From: Thermoanaerobaculia bacterium
GTDB taxonomy: Bacteria; Acidobacteriota; Thermoanaerobaculia; Multivoradales; Multivoraceae
Length of the DNA stretch: 64,000 nucleotides
Direction of reading: 5' to 3'
NCBI GenBank assembly: GCA_963664405.1
Contig: OY761158.1
Coordinates: forward strand, 544,001-608,000
Shown: in pieces, positions 50,096 to 60,290 of the stretch
Position numbering within the stretch: the stretch's first letter is position 1
How the letters are laid out: each line of letters opens with the position of its first letter
The notes under the pieces: generated by a model
Seen by the model: the letters and a program-made list of their open reading frames with translations, nothing else
The model's database searches: none
What the model was told of the DNA's origin: nothing
Program-made: the position numbers and the translations under genes

Positions 50096-51604
50096 GTGAT
50101 CGACGCACAGCTGCGCGGGGAGATCCGTCGTCTGTTCCTGGTCGAGAAGTGGAAAGTCGGCACGATCGCTCGACAGCTACAGCTGCACCCCTCAACCGTG
50201 CGCCGGGCGCTGGAGAAGTCCGGCGTGCTACCCCAGCAGCGACGAGGGAGGATGATCGATCCTTACCTGCCGTTCATCGAGCAGGTGCTCGGGACCTACC
50301 CACGACTGCCGGCGAGCCGTCTCTACACCATGGTGGTGGAGCGCGGCTATCCAGGAGGCCCGGATCAGTTTCGCCACCTGGTGGCCTCGATGCGACCGAA
50401 GCCCCAGCGCGAGGCGTTTCTCTCGCTGCGCATGCTGCCAGGAGAGCAGGCGCAGGTCGACTGGGGCCACTTCGGTCGGCTCCGCGTCGGCCGGGCACAT
50501 CGTCGGCTCTATGCCTTCGTCTTCGTGCTGTCGTTCTCGCGCACGGTCTTCGTGCACTTCACCCTCGACACTCGTCTCGAAACCTTCTTGCACGCTCACC
50601 AGCTGGCCTTCCACTACGTCGACGGCGTCGTCAGGACCGTTCTGTACGACAACCTGCGAACCGCGGTGATCGAGCGGCAGGGAACCGCGGTGCGCTTCCA
50701 TCCCGTGCTGCTCGATTTCGCCAGCCACTACGGCTTCCTTCCCACCGTCGCCGCGGTGGCTCGGGGAAATGAGAAAGGCCGCGTCGAGCGCGCAATCCGC
50801 TTCCTGCGAAGCTCGTTCTTCGGCGCCCGAACGGTGAGCGATTTGGATCGTCTGAATCGGCAGGTCCTGGAATGGTGCCAGAGGTCGCAGCGCAGACCCT
50901 GGCCGCAGGACCGACAGCGAACCGTGAAAAGCGCCCTGGCCCAGGAACGACCTCGACTGCTTGAGCTTCCCGGAGACGACTTCGAAACCGACCTGCGACT
51001 GGAGATCAAGGTCAGAAAGACGCCGATCGTGCGCTTCGACCTCAACGACTACTCGGTGCCGCACAGTCATGTGCAGAGGACCGTCACGCTCCTCGCCAGC
51101 GAGCATCGGGTGCGGATCCTCGATGGCCAGGAGCTCCTCGCCGAGCACCCTCGCTCGTACTCCCGGGGCGAGCAGATCCTCGATCCTCAACACCTCGAGG
51201 AGCTCCTCGCTCACAAACGCAGGGCCCGACGACACCGGGGCTTCCATCGGCTGTTTTCCGCTGTGCCTCGATGCGAAGAGCTGATGCAGCAGCTCGCCGA
51301 GCGAGGCGAGAACCTCGGAACGCAGACCGCCGGCCTGCTCCGACTCCTGCGCCAGTACGGCCCCCAGCGACTCGACAAAGCCGTGCGCGAAGCGCTCCTG
51401 AACCACGCACCGCGATTCCAGTCCGTCCGGCTCCTACTCGAACGGCACCAGCGCGGCCTCGGTCAGCCCCCGGCTTTACCGGTGCCGCTCAGCCAGGAGC
51501 TCCAACAGCGAGATCTCTCCGTGAGACCGCACAACCTCGAGGACTACGACCAACTTGGAGGCAACGACGATGGCCCGACCCAGGAAGAGTCCAACGATCC
51601 CTGA
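50096..51604 (+). CDS. istA: IS21 transposase IstA
   Basis: QVDWG, YDN, KGRVER. Confidence 0.95.
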   Translation: MIDAQLRGEIRRLFLVEKWKVGTIARQLQLHPSTVRRALEKSGVLPQQRRGRMIDPYLPFIEQVLGTYPRLPASRLYTMVVERGYPGGPDQFRHLVASMRPKPQREAFLSLRMLPGEQAQVDWGHFGRLRVGRAHRRLYAFVFVLSFSRTVFVHFTLDTRLETFLHAHQLAFHYVDGVVRTVLYDNLRTAVIERQGTAVRFHPVLLDFASHYGFLPTVAAVARGNEKGRVERAIRFLRSSFFGARTVSDLDRLNRQVLEWCQRSQRRPWPQDRQRTVKSALAQERPRLLELPGDDFETDLRLEIKVRKTPIVRFDLNDYSVPHSHVQRTVTLLASEHRVRILDGQELLAEHPRSYSRGEQILDPQHLEELLAHKRRARRHRGFHRLFSAVPRCEELMQQLAERGENLGTQTAGLLRLLRQYGPQRLDKAVREALLNHAPRFQSVRLLLERHQRGLGQPPALPVPLSQELQQRDLSVRPHNLEDYDQLGGNDDGPTQEESNDP

Positions 51605-52364
51605 CGAACCACTACGAGAGCTCGCCCGATCCCTCGGCTTCTACGCCCTCGTCGACGACTGGGGCACCTACCGAGAACAGCCCTGGCTCGAACAGCTGCT
51701 GCGCAAAGAAGAGGCCGAGCGCAAACGGCGCAGCCTCGAACGGCGCATCCGCACCAGCCGCGTCGGGCTCTTCAAGAGCATCGCCGACTTCGACTTCTCC
51801 TGGCCCCAGCGCATCGACCGCGAGCAGATCCAGGATCTGCTCACCCTCCAATTCCTCGACGACATCACCAACGTCATCCTCCTCGGACCCAACGGTGTCG
51901 GCAAGACCATGATTGCCAAGAACCTCCTCTACCAGGCGCTGCAACGAGGGGCCACCGCCAGCTTCGTCACCGCCTCCGACATGCTCAACGATCTCGCCGT
52001 CCAGGAAACCCCCTCGGCGCTCCAGAGAAGGCTCTCCAAATACACCCGACCCTCGCTTTTGGCAATCGATGAGCTCGGCTATCTCTCCTACGACCACCGC
52101 CACGCGGATCTCCTCTTCGAGGTCGTCTCCAGGAGATACGGCAACAAGCCCATTCTTCTCACCACCAACAAGCCCTTCGCCGAATGGGCCGAGGTCTTTC
52201 CCAACGCCTCCTGCGTCGTCACTCTCGTCGATCGACTCACCCACCACGCCGAGATCGTCAAGATCGAGGCTAACTCCTATCGCCGCAAGGAGGCCAAGGA
52301 GGCTGCTGAAAAAAAGGCCAAGGACCGCGCCAAAAGGCGGAGCGCAGCACGACGACGCTCATGA
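51570..52364 (+). CDS. istB: IS21 helper ATPase IstB
   Basis: GPNGVGKT, IDELGY. Confidence 0.95.
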   Translation: MARPRKSPTIPDEPLRELARSLGFYALVDDWGTYREQPWLEQLLRKEEAERKRRSLERRIRTSRVGLFKSIADFDFSWPQRIDREQIQDLLTLQFLDDITNVILLGPNGVGKTMIAKNLLYQALQRGATASFVTASDMLNDLAVQETPSALQRRLSKYTRPSLLAIDELGYLSYDHRHADLLFEVVSRRYGNKPILLTTNKPFAEWAEVFPNASCVVTLVDRLTHHAEIVKIEANSYRRKEAKEAAEKKAKDRAKRRSAARRRS

Positions 52365-52717
52365 CCCGAAGCCACTATCGGCGCCAGCTCCTCCGCCTCT
52401 ATCGACTCCTTCCCGACACCCCGCACCGCTTCCACCACGGCGACCGCGTCATCGTCGACCAGCTCTTCGACCAAGACCTGCCTCTCACCGTCCTCCAGGC
52501 CGCCCTCCTCCTCGGCTCCGCCCGACGCGCATGCCGAGATCCGCGCCTACCAAAGCTCCAGCCCATCCGATCCCTCGCCTACTTTCTCCCCATCCTCCGA
52601 GAACTCCCCACGACGCCACCCCCCGAGGGGTACCTCGACTATCTGCGCCACACCCTGAGTCACGCCTCGCGGGGACAAAAAACCGACTCGCAGCCAACTA
52701 AGTGCGCTTTCTCGTAG
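52361..52717 (+). CDS. IS21 accessory ORF downstream of istB
   Basis: ATGA overlap; LPDTP...PIRSLAYFLP. Confidence 0.6.
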   Translation: MTRSHYRRQLLRLYRLLPDTPHRFHHGDRVIVDQLFDQDLPLTVLQAALLLGSARRACRDPRLPKLQPIRSLAYFLPILRELPTTPPPEGYLDYLRHTLSHASRGQKTDSQPTKCAFS

Positions 52718-53006
52718 CCGGTAACATAGACTGCATAGCGGACTCCTCTCATGTGAACGTTACGGTTCGTGCGACCTTGACATCTTAGATGCCGCTACAA
52801 GTCGCGGGAGGAGTCCATTCCATCAACATAGCCACTTTCTGAAGGCTTGAACGAAGGCCGCTGCGCGGCAGTTCCGGACGATGAGTCGAAGATCGTGGTC
52901 GTAGCGCCGGGCGTGAGCCGCGCCGAGAGTTAGCCACGGTCGAGGAAAGTCTCCATCCTCTTGGTTTGGCGTCAATGCCGACGCCTGCAACGAGGAGGAC
53001 CCTGTC

Positions 53007-53867
53007 ATGGGTGCACTGAGAGATCGGATGGAGACGGACATGAAGCTGCACGACTTTCGACCGGCGACCCAATCGCAGTACTTGCACTGCGTGCGCCGGC
53101 TGGCGAAGCACTACGGGCGCTCGCCCGATGAGCTGTGCGAAGAGGAGGTGCGCAGTTTCCTGCTCTACCTCCGCGAGGACCGTGCTTTGAGCTCGGCGAG
53201 TATCAGCACCTACACGGCGGCGCTGAAGTTCTTCTACGGGATCACCCTTCACCGCGAGGAGATGGTGCCCTCGTTAGGCGCGCCGAAGGTGCGCACGCAG
53301 CTTCCGGTCATCCTCTCGGGCACCGAGGTCGCGGCGGTGCTTGGCGCGATCCGCTCGCACGAGCTGCGTACGTTGGCCACGGTTCTGTACGCTTCGGGCC
53401 TGCGCATCAGCGAAGCGTGCGCGCTGGAGGTGTCAGACATCGACTCCGAGCGCATGCTGATCCATGTGCGCGACGGTAAGGGCGGGCGCGACCGCTTCGC
53501 CCTTCTCAGCCCGCAGCTGCTCAAGGTGCTGCGTCGATACTTCCGCAAAGAGCGCCCCGAGCCGCCCTATCTGTTTCCCGCTCCGCGCTCCGGCAAGACG
53601 TTGCGCCCCGACACGGTGCGTAAGAGCCTGCATCGGGCGGCTTTGCGCTGCGGGATTGTCAAGCGTGTGACCCCACACCTGCTGCGTCACTGCTTTGGCG
53701 CCCACATGCTGGAACTGGGCACTGATATCCGTGTGCTGCAGGCGCTGTTGGGTCACCGCTCGATCCGCACGACCCAGCTGTACGTACAGGTCTCCACCCA
53801 GCTGATCGCGCGCACCCCAAGCCCGTTGGACCTGCTCGGCACTCCCGCGGGCAAGGTCCTCGGATAA
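53007..53867 (+). CDS. tyrosine recombinase/integrase
   Basis: YASGLRISE, GKGGRDR, HLLRHCFG, LLGHRSIRTTQLY. Confidence 0.93.
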   Translation: MGALRDRMETDMKLHDFRPATQSQYLHCVRRLAKHYGRSPDELCEEEVRSFLLYLREDRALSSASISTYTAALKFFYGITLHREEMVPSLGAPKVRTQLPVILSGTEVAAVLGAIRSHELRTLATVLYASGLRISEACALEVSDIDSERMLIHVRDGKGGRDRFALLSPQLLKVLRRYFRKERPEPPYLFPAPRSGKTLRPDTVRKSLHRAALRCGIVKRVTPHLLRHCFGAHMLELGTDIRVLQALLGHRSIRTTQLYVQVSTQLIARTPSPLDLLGTPAGKVLG

Positions 53868-53885
53868 CCGCGCGCTACAGCAACC

Positions 53886-55112
53886 GTGCACCCCCAGCAG
53901 GGGTGCGCTCGGCAGCTCGACCGCAAGGCGGGTCGGCCTCGCTTTGAGCTCGGCGAGATCTTCCGGGCGCACATCGACGCCTTTCGCGACCGCACCACCC
54001 TGAGCCCAGAGCAGGCTCAGGTGGTGCGGGCCCTCTGTGCCTGCCGCACCGCGCAGCTCGGCGGGCATCTGGACGTATGTCTGAACTGCGGCTTTAGGCG
54101 CCCGGCCTATAACTCATGCCGGAATCGTCACTGCCCCAAGTGCCAGGCGCTGGATCAGCACCGCTGGCTCGAGCGGCGCCTTTCTCGCATCCTGCCGGTC
54201 GCGTACTTTCACGTCGTCTTCACTCTGCCAGGAGAGCTTGCCTCGGTCGGCCTGCGCAACCGGCGGTTGGTGTACGAGCTGCTCTTCCGAGCCGCCTCCG
54301 AAACGCTGTTGACCCTTGGCAAGGACCCCCAGCGGCTCGGGGCTCTGCTCGGCATCACAATGGTGCTGCACACCTGGACCCGGGACCTGCGCTTCCATCC
54401 GCATGTGCACGCCATCGTCACGGGCGGGGGTCTGAGCCTCGAGGGTCAGCGGTGGCTCTCGACGGGCAACAAGTATCTGTTTCCCGTGAAGCTTCTGGGC
54501 AGGCTGTACCGCGGCAAGTTTCTGCACCACCTCGCCCGCGCTTACCAAGACGGACAGCTCGACCTGCCAGCAGAGCTGGCTGCCGACGGTGGCTTCGACC
54601 GCCTGCTGGACAAGCTCTACGCCAAGGACTTCATCGTCTACGCCAAGCGTCCCTTCGCCGGCCCGCAGCAGGTCTTCTCCTACCTCGGCCGCTATACCCA
54701 TCGGGTCGCCCTGTCCAACCACCGAATCCTCGACGTTACCGACAAGGCCATCACCCTCGCCACCCGCCACCCAAAGACGGTGACGCTGTCCCCCGAGGAG
54801 CTCATCCGCCGTTTCCTACTGCACGTCCTGCCCCGACGATTCCAAAAGATCCGCCATTACGGATTGATGGCCTCGGCCAACGTCCACTCTCGCCTCGAGC
54901 GAGCCCGCGCTCTGCTCGAGTCCACCGCCACAGCTACCCAGGCCGAAACCTCCCGCCCCGTCCCCATCGAGTCGGAAACCACAAACGAGCTCCTCCAACG
55001 CCTCACCGGCATCGACCTCGCGATCTGTCCCGCCTGCCAAGGTCCCCGCCTCCAACGTTTCCCCCTCGACCCTCCTGCCTACGCCCGGCCTCCACCGGTG
55101 GCGGCCGCGTGA
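53886..55112 (+). CDS. IS91-family transposase (Zn-binding + HUH/Y2)
   Basis: CRTAQLGG, SCRNRHCPKCQ, YFHVVFTLP, HPHVH, YLGRYTHR, RHYG. Confidence 0.93.
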   Translation: MHPQQGCARQLDRKAGRPRFELGEIFRAHIDAFRDRTTLSPEQAQVVRALCACRTAQLGGHLDVCLNCGFRRPAYNSCRNRHCPKCQALDQHRWLERRLSRILPVAYFHVVFTLPGELASVGLRNRRLVYELLFRAASETLLTLGKDPQRLGALLGITMVLHTWTRDLRFHPHVHAIVTGGGLSLEGQRWLSTGNKYLFPVKLLGRLYRGKFLHHLARAYQDGQLDLPAELAADGGFDRLLDKLYAKDFIVYAKRPFAGPQQVFSYLGRYTHRVALSNHRILDVTDKAITLATRHPKTVTLSPEELIRRFLLHVLPRRFQKIRHYGLMASANVHSRLERARALLESTATATQAETSRPVPIESETTNELLQRLTGIDLAICPACQGPRLQRFPLDPPAYARPPPVAAA

Positions 55113-55497
55113 TCCCACGCCTTTCTCTTCCCGCGCTCCCGGTCCCGCCGCGGACAAGGCGGAGGTGTGCCCGCGGTGGCTCCGAACCCAAAATCGAGAC
55201 GCCGGTGGACCTCCCAGGGGCCGCGCAGGCGCCTGACCGCAACCCAGTGCACCTCTGGAACTACCTCACAACCCTCGACCTGGGGCGCGTCGCGCGCAGC
55301 ACAGCCTGCCAACGAGGCTGATAACCCCATACACAACCGCTCGTCTGGCGGCCTCCGCTCAAGCCAGGTCTAGCAGAATCCCGCTCGGGTAGATCCGCGC
55401 GACGACGACCCTCCTACCTCGCGGGACTCTGCGAGATCCTTCTCCTTATGCAGAACGAGCTATAGCTGTCGTAGTGCGCCGAAAACTGCGACACCCA

Positions 55498-55929
55498 TCA
55501 GAGCGCAAGCGCGCCGAAGTAGACAAAGGGCGCGCTGATGGCGATGCGCACCAGTCCCAACAGGCGCCACCCGATCAGGCTCCCACTCAGGTCAGAGGGC
55601 ACGAACGCCTGGATGATGGCTCGGAAAGAGCCTGGGAACAGCACCAACGCTGTTGTCATGAACACGACCAAGACCCAGCCGATGAGCGACAGGATGAACG
55701 CCAAGGTGCTCTGCCCATTCAGGTCCAAGGACCCCTGCTCTGAAGCTCCTGCCCAAATCATCGCCAACCCGAGTGGGAGCAGGAACGCCCCGAACGTTCG
55801 GGTTCGACCGTTCGTCGTGGTCGTCCTAGTGAACCAGCGCAGCACAGACGCTGGCGCGACGAAGACGAAGCCCCCGTAGCCAACACCGAGGACCCCAACC
55901 GCGATGCTCACGATTCCAAGCGCGCTCAC
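55498..55929 (-). CDS. small integral membrane protein
   Basis: Four hydrophobic segments; RBS AAGGAGG. Confidence 0.7.
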   Translation of the reverse strand: MSALGIVSIAVGVLGVGYGGFVFVAPASVLRWFTRTTTTNGRTRTFGAFLLPLGLAMIWAGASEQGSLDLNGQSTLAFILSLIGWVLVVFMTTALVLFPGSFRAIIQAFVPSDLSGSLIGWRLLGLVRIAISAPFVYFGALAL

Positions 55930-56403
55930 GAGCCCTCCTTAGAGACTTCCTTGGGGGTGGCTGAACAAGCTACCCGAGTGGCTGCTTTCAGCGCCATCGA
56001 ATGGACAGCATTCTAGCTGGCGGTTCAGGAGCCTGATAGCTATTCAGCTCTTCCTGTCGTCCTTCGCCACATTTCGCGACACGCGACCTAGACCAGAGGA
56101 ATGGTCCAGCTACGGCACGACGCAGATCGAGTCCGAGGCCCCGATCGGAGTGCCATCGAAGAGCGTACCGGCAAGGGCGGCTCGGCGACACCGACGAACG
56201 GTACCCCGAGCTGCAGCGGGTTGAGAGGCAGTAGTGGTAGTGAAGCCGCCGCCGCTAGCCGCGGCGAGCCGAGGGGCTCAAGAGCTCCTGGTGACCAGCC
56301 CGGAAGCCGAGCCGCTGACGGGCGGACCTCGCCCGGTGGCACACGGCGAGGCCTCGGCAACGTACGGCTCCCAGAGGCGACCGGTCTCGAACAGACAGCG
56401 AAC

Positions 56404-57837
56404 CTAAGCAGTCTCCGCTGCCGCGACCGACGTCCATTCGTGCAACTCGTCCACCGTCTTGCGGTAGTGCTTCATACCCACATAGAGAAATGACGCCGCC
56501 ATCAGATGCGCGAAGCAACCGACGAGAACGATCGAATAGTTGATCTTCATTTCGTCCTGAAAGAGCAAATCGGTCGCCAGCCCGAGAGCGCCAGGGCCGA
56601 GCCCGAGACCGATCAGCGCATTGAAGAAAATGAAAATGGCGGACGCCTGGCCCCGCAACGTATTGGGCATGATCTCTTGGATGGCCGCCGCCTGGACGCC
56701 GATCGTCATCGCACCAATGAAGGCTGGCGGGACCATGAACGCGGCGGCGAGATACACATTCGGCATGAGCGGATAAAGAAGACCGCACGGTAGCCAGGCC
56801 AGACTAACCCAGACGCCGATCCGCATCTTGGCGTCGCGGTACCCGCGAGCATAGAGACGATCCGCCGCCCACCCCCCGAAAACCGTCCCTGCCGTGCCAA
56901 AGACGATTCCGACGCCCCCCAGCAGGTAACCGGCCTGCGTCGCCGTCAAGCCATGGACGCGCATATAGAACGCGGGGAGCCAAGCGCCGAGGCCGTAGCC
57001 CGAGAACGCCAGCCACGCGTAGCCGACGTTGTGGCACAACACTGTCTTCCAGTTCTTGCGCAGATAGAGCACCAGCTCGCCTCTCGGCGGCTTGGCCATC
57101 TGCCACTCACCGTCGTCGTCTCGGACTCGCCTCACGTTTCGGCGGAACGGTTCCTTCACAAACAGCATCAACGCCGTTAGAGGAATGGTCGGCAGGCAAA
57201 TCAGGAAGAACACAATCTGCCAGCGGTATCGCTCTCCGAGAACGGGCACCTCATACAACACGCCAGGCTCCATCAGCCCAACTGCCCACGCCCCAAGAAG
57301 GTTCGCGACGTTCGCTCCCAGCGTGACCCCCATCCCGTAGACGCCTAGCGCCAACGCGATCTTCTTGAGCGGAAAACTGTCCGCGACGATCGAGTAGGCC
57401 GAAGGCGACAACGTCGCTTCCCCAACCCCCACGCCGAACCGGCAAGTGAACAACTGCCAATAACGCGTGGCCAAGCCGCAGGAGAAGGAGGCCAGCGTCC
57501 AGAAGATCTGACCGACGATAATGATCCGAGTCCGCTTGCTCCGGTCGACGAGATATCCAATGGGCAGACCGGCGGTCGCATAGAAGAACGCAAACGCGAT
57601 ACCCATCAGCAAACCCATCTGCGTGTCGCTGACATCAAGAGAGTCCTTGATGTCCTCAACCAGCAAACCCATGATTTGCCGGTCGAGAAACGAATTCAGA
57701 TAGATGCCGACAAGAATCGAGACCGTAAGCCAAGACTTCCATTCCGCCGGAAGGGGCGGATCCTCAGGCGCGCCACCAGGAGCCTCCTCCAGTTCTGGCG
57801 CGATCCCATCCGGGTTCCTCGGTTCTTCTGGGGTCAT
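56404..57837 (-). CDS. MFS transporter (spinster-like)
   Basis: SFLDRQI, GYLVDRSKR, RFGVGVGEA, LRGQASA; ~12 TM segments. Confidence 0.92.
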   Translation of the reverse strand: MTPEEPRNPDGIAPELEEAPGGAPEDPPLPAEWKSWLTVSILVGIYLNSFLDRQIMGLLVEDIKDSLDVSDTQMGLLMGIAFAFFYATAGLPIGYLVDRSKRTRIIIVGQIFWTLASFSCGLATRYWQLFTCRFGVGVGEATLSPSAYSIVADSFPLKKIALALGVYGMGVTLGANVANLLGAWAVGLMEPGVLYEVPVLGERYRWQIVFFLICLPTIPLTALMLFVKEPFRRNVRRVRDDDGEWQMAKPPRGELVLYLRKNWKTVLCHNVGYAWLAFSGYGLGAWLPAFYMRVHGLTATQAGYLLGGVGIVFGTAGTVFGGWAADRLYARGYRDAKMRIGVWVSLAWLPCGLLYPLMPNVYLAAAFMVPPAFIGAMTIGVQAAAIQEIMPNTLRGQASAIFIFFNALIGLGLGPGALGLATDLLFQDEMKINYSIVLVGCFAHLMAASFLYVGMKHYRKTVDELHEWTSVAAAETA

Positions 57838-58346
57838 CCCTTCTGCTTTCACAATAGGGCCTGCGTAAAGGTACGTGAGCGTAGCCACTGACAGCCAGCG
57901 CGTCAACGGTAGGGCCGTCAGCCTGGATCCCGCAGGCTCTCGGACTAGGATTCGATGCTCTGGCAGACCGACTTCACCAGGCACCAGATGCGATATCGAG
58001 TCAGGAGGCCTGCCATGACAACCGAGGACGAAGTCATCCTCACGATTCCTCGGAAGCCGTTCCGCCGGCTGAAGGAACTGGCCCGCAGAGAAGGCACCGA
58101 ACCCGAAGGCGATTATTATCGAGTCGCTGGAGATGAGGCTGGCGGACGAGCGGCGTGACTCCGCGCATCGTATCGCCTCAATTGAGAGCTATCTTCGCGC
58201 AGTCTCGCAATCCACCCAAAAGTGCGACAGCGGGAGACTTATTCGCTTCGAGCTATTCCTGTCGTACTCCGCCACATTTCACGACAACTTCCCGTCACTC
58301 GGTCGCAACTAGCGGACTAGGCCGCTACTCTGATGCCCGCGCCCAG

Positions 58347-59798
58347 GGCGGATTCAACTGGTCGTCGCAACATCTCGTGATGGAGGTGTTTCGATGGGAG
58401 TTGGCAAGTGTCAGGGTGCGATTCGAGCGATGCGTGGCCAGATGCGGTCACCTGGCCGGCCCTCGACAGCGCGGCGCGAGGACCGGATCCGGTTCTGGGA
58501 GACGATCGCTCGTGGGGCGTCCAGCGAGGACGCCGCAACAGAGGCTGGGGTGTCGCCGGCTGTCGGGTCGAGATGGTTCAGGCAAGCTGGTGGAATGCGA
58601 CCTATCTCGTTGGCTCCGGTGTCGGGGCGTTATCTGTCGTTCGCCGAGCGTGAAGAGATCGCCATCCTTCACGCTCAGCATGTTGGGGTACGTGAGATCG
58701 CTCGCCGCCTGGGTCGTTCACCGTCGACGATTTCGCGGGAGCTGCGCCGCAACGCGGCGACTCGCAGCCGTGCCGTAACTTATCGGGCCACGACTGCGCA
58801 GTGGCACGCGGAGCGGCGCGCCAGCCGTCCGAAGGTCTCCAAGCTTGCCGCGAACGATGCCTTGCGTGAGTACGTGCAGAACCGCCTCGCCGGCGTGATC
58901 GCAAGGCCTGACGGGGAGCTGGTGCCGGGTCCGGATGTGCGTTGGATCGGCCGTCGGCACGGCCGTCGCCAGGATCGGCGTTGGGCGAAATCCTGGAGTC
59001 CGGAGCAGATCTCGAACCGGCTTCGGATTGATTTCCCCCATAATGAGTCGATGCGGATCTCTCACGAGGCGATCTACCAAGCGCTCTACATCCAAGGTCG
59101 AGGAGCCCTCAAACGCGAGCTCGTCGCGTGCCTGCGAACCGGGCGAGCGCTACGAGTGCCGCATGCGCGAACCCGGGGGAGAGGCAAGAAATTTGTAACT
59201 CCGGAGATCATGATCAGCGAACGCCCCGCCGAAGCCGCCGACAGGGCCGTGCCGGGTCACTGGGAAGGCGACCTGATCGTCGGGCTCGAGAGCTCAGCGA
59301 TCGGGACCCTCGTCGAACGCACTACGCGGTTCACGATGCTGCTGCACCTGCCCCGCATGGAAGGGCACGGGACCGAATCGAGGGTGAAGAACGGGCCGGC
59401 CCTCGCCGGGCACGGCGCCGAAGCCGTCCGTGACGCGATCGCGGTGTCAATCACCACGCTGCCCGAGCAGCTCCGCCGGTCCTTGACCTGGGACCAGGGC
59501 GCCGAGATGGCTCAACACGCTCAACTCCGCGTCGATACCGGCCTCGCGATCTACTTCTGCGACCCGCACAGCCCCTGGCAGCGGGGCACCAACGAGAACA
59601 CCAACGGACTACTACGCCAGTACTTCCCGAAGGGCACCGACCTTGTCAGATACTCCTGCGACGACCTCGCCGCGGTCGCGCTCGCACTCAACGGCCGACC
59701 CCGCAAGACCCTCGGCTGGAGAACCCCTGCCGAAGTCTTCGATGAGCTTGTACACTCTGCTCACCAAGGCAACGCTGCGACGACTCCTTGAACCCAAG
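58347..59798 (+). mobile_element. IS30-family element
   Basis: Ends GGCGGATTCAACTGGTCGTCGCAACA and ...CTGCGACGACTCCTTGAACCCAAG. Confidence 0.9.
58394..59791 (+). CDS. IS30-family transposase
   Basis: RSPSTISRELRRN, WSPEQI, GHWEGDL, TWDQGAEM, PWQRGTNENTNGLLRQYFPK. Confidence 0.96.
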   Translation: MGVGKCQGAIRAMRGQMRSPGRPSTARREDRIRFWETIARGASSEDAATEAGVSPAVGSRWFRQAGGMRPISLAPVSGRYLSFAEREEIAILHAQHVGVREIARRLGRSPSTISRELRRNAATRSRAVTYRATTAQWHAERRASRPKVSKLAANDALREYVQNRLAGVIARPDGELVPGPDVRWIGRRHGRRQDRRWAKSWSPEQISNRLRIDFPHNESMRISHEAIYQALYIQGRGALKRELVACLRTGRALRVPHARTRGRGKKFVTPEIMISERPAEAADRAVPGHWEGDLIVGLESSAIGTLVERTTRFTMLLHLPRMEGHGTESRVKNGPALAGHGAEAVRDAIAVSITTLPEQLRRSLTWDQGAEMAQHAQLRVDTGLAIYFCDPHSPWQRGTNENTNGLLRQYFPKGTDLVRYSCDDLAAVALALNGRPRKTLGWRTPAEVFDELVHSAHQGNAATTP

Positions 59799-60212
59799 CA
59801 GTACGCCTCGAAGGCTTACCAGGATCGGCTGGCTGAGCTGCGGTTTCGCTGCAGCATGTCCGGCGTCGGAAATTGTTATGACAATGCGGTCTTGGAGAGC
59901 TTCTTCGACAGTCTCAAGACCGAGGTCTGGGACCGACCCTTCGAGACTCGTCAGCGAGCTCACGACGAAGCGGTTTCTTACCTCGAAGTGTTCTACAACC
60001 TGAGACGCCAGCATTCGACGCTCGGATTCCTGAGCCCCGAGGCCTTCGAAGGGGCAGCGTGAACTCACGCGCGACCGGCGGTCGGATCCGAAGGGAGGCT
60101 GCGCTCCCCGAACCTCGCACAGCCTCGTCCGAAGCTGACTACCCGAACTGATGCAGAATAGGAACTGCCCCGATGGGGCTTAACTTGGTGTCCACGAAAC
60201 CGTGACCGCTCA
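59799..60212 (+). mobile_element. 3' remnant of an IS3-family element (orfB C-terminus plus right IR)
   Basis: QYASKAY...SMSGVGNCYDNAVLESFFDSLKTE...FYN..RQHSTLG (stop at 60062); ends ...GTGTCCACGAAACCGTGACCGCTCA. Confidence 0.88.
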
Positions 60213-60290
60213 GAACCCCTGCCGAAGTCTTCGATGAGTTTGTACACTCTGCTCACCAAGGCAACGTTGCGACGACCCCTTGAACCCAAG
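60213..60290 (+). mobile_element. second IS30 right end (78 bp)
   Basis: Near-identical to 59721-59798; followed by CAG, matching CAG at 58344-58346. Confidence 0.9.

Larger units (their letters stand above)
49337..52726 (+). mobile_element. IS21-family element copy 2 (intact, 3390 bp), TSD TAGAC
   Basis: TGTTGATGG...CCGGTAACA ends; TAGAC at 49332-49336 and 52727-52731; ORFs identical to copy 1. Confidence 0.96.
47996..52825 (-). mobile_element. IS110-family (IS1111-type) element interrupted by IS21; ends approximate
   Basis: Sub-terminal IR TGGACTCCTC at ~48002 and its complement at ~52808-52817; long non-coding region 3' of the transposase. Confidence 0.8.
52848..55380 (+). mobile_element. 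IS91-type element with an upstream tyrosine recombinase; boundaries approximate
   Basis: Integrase plus HUH/Y2 transposase gene pair. Confidence 0.7.

Noticed and set aside
53007-55990. Integron (IntI plus cassettes)
   Set aside because: The recombinase is only 286 aa, lacks the IntI-specific insertion and is paired with an IS91-type transposase. No convincing RYYYAAC...GTTRRRY attC was found around 55498..55929.
60065-60290. C-terminal 75 aa of the 60065..61042 ORF as part of the cytochrome
   Set aside because: This is read-through into IS30/IS3 sequence; the native end lies at 58325-58346.
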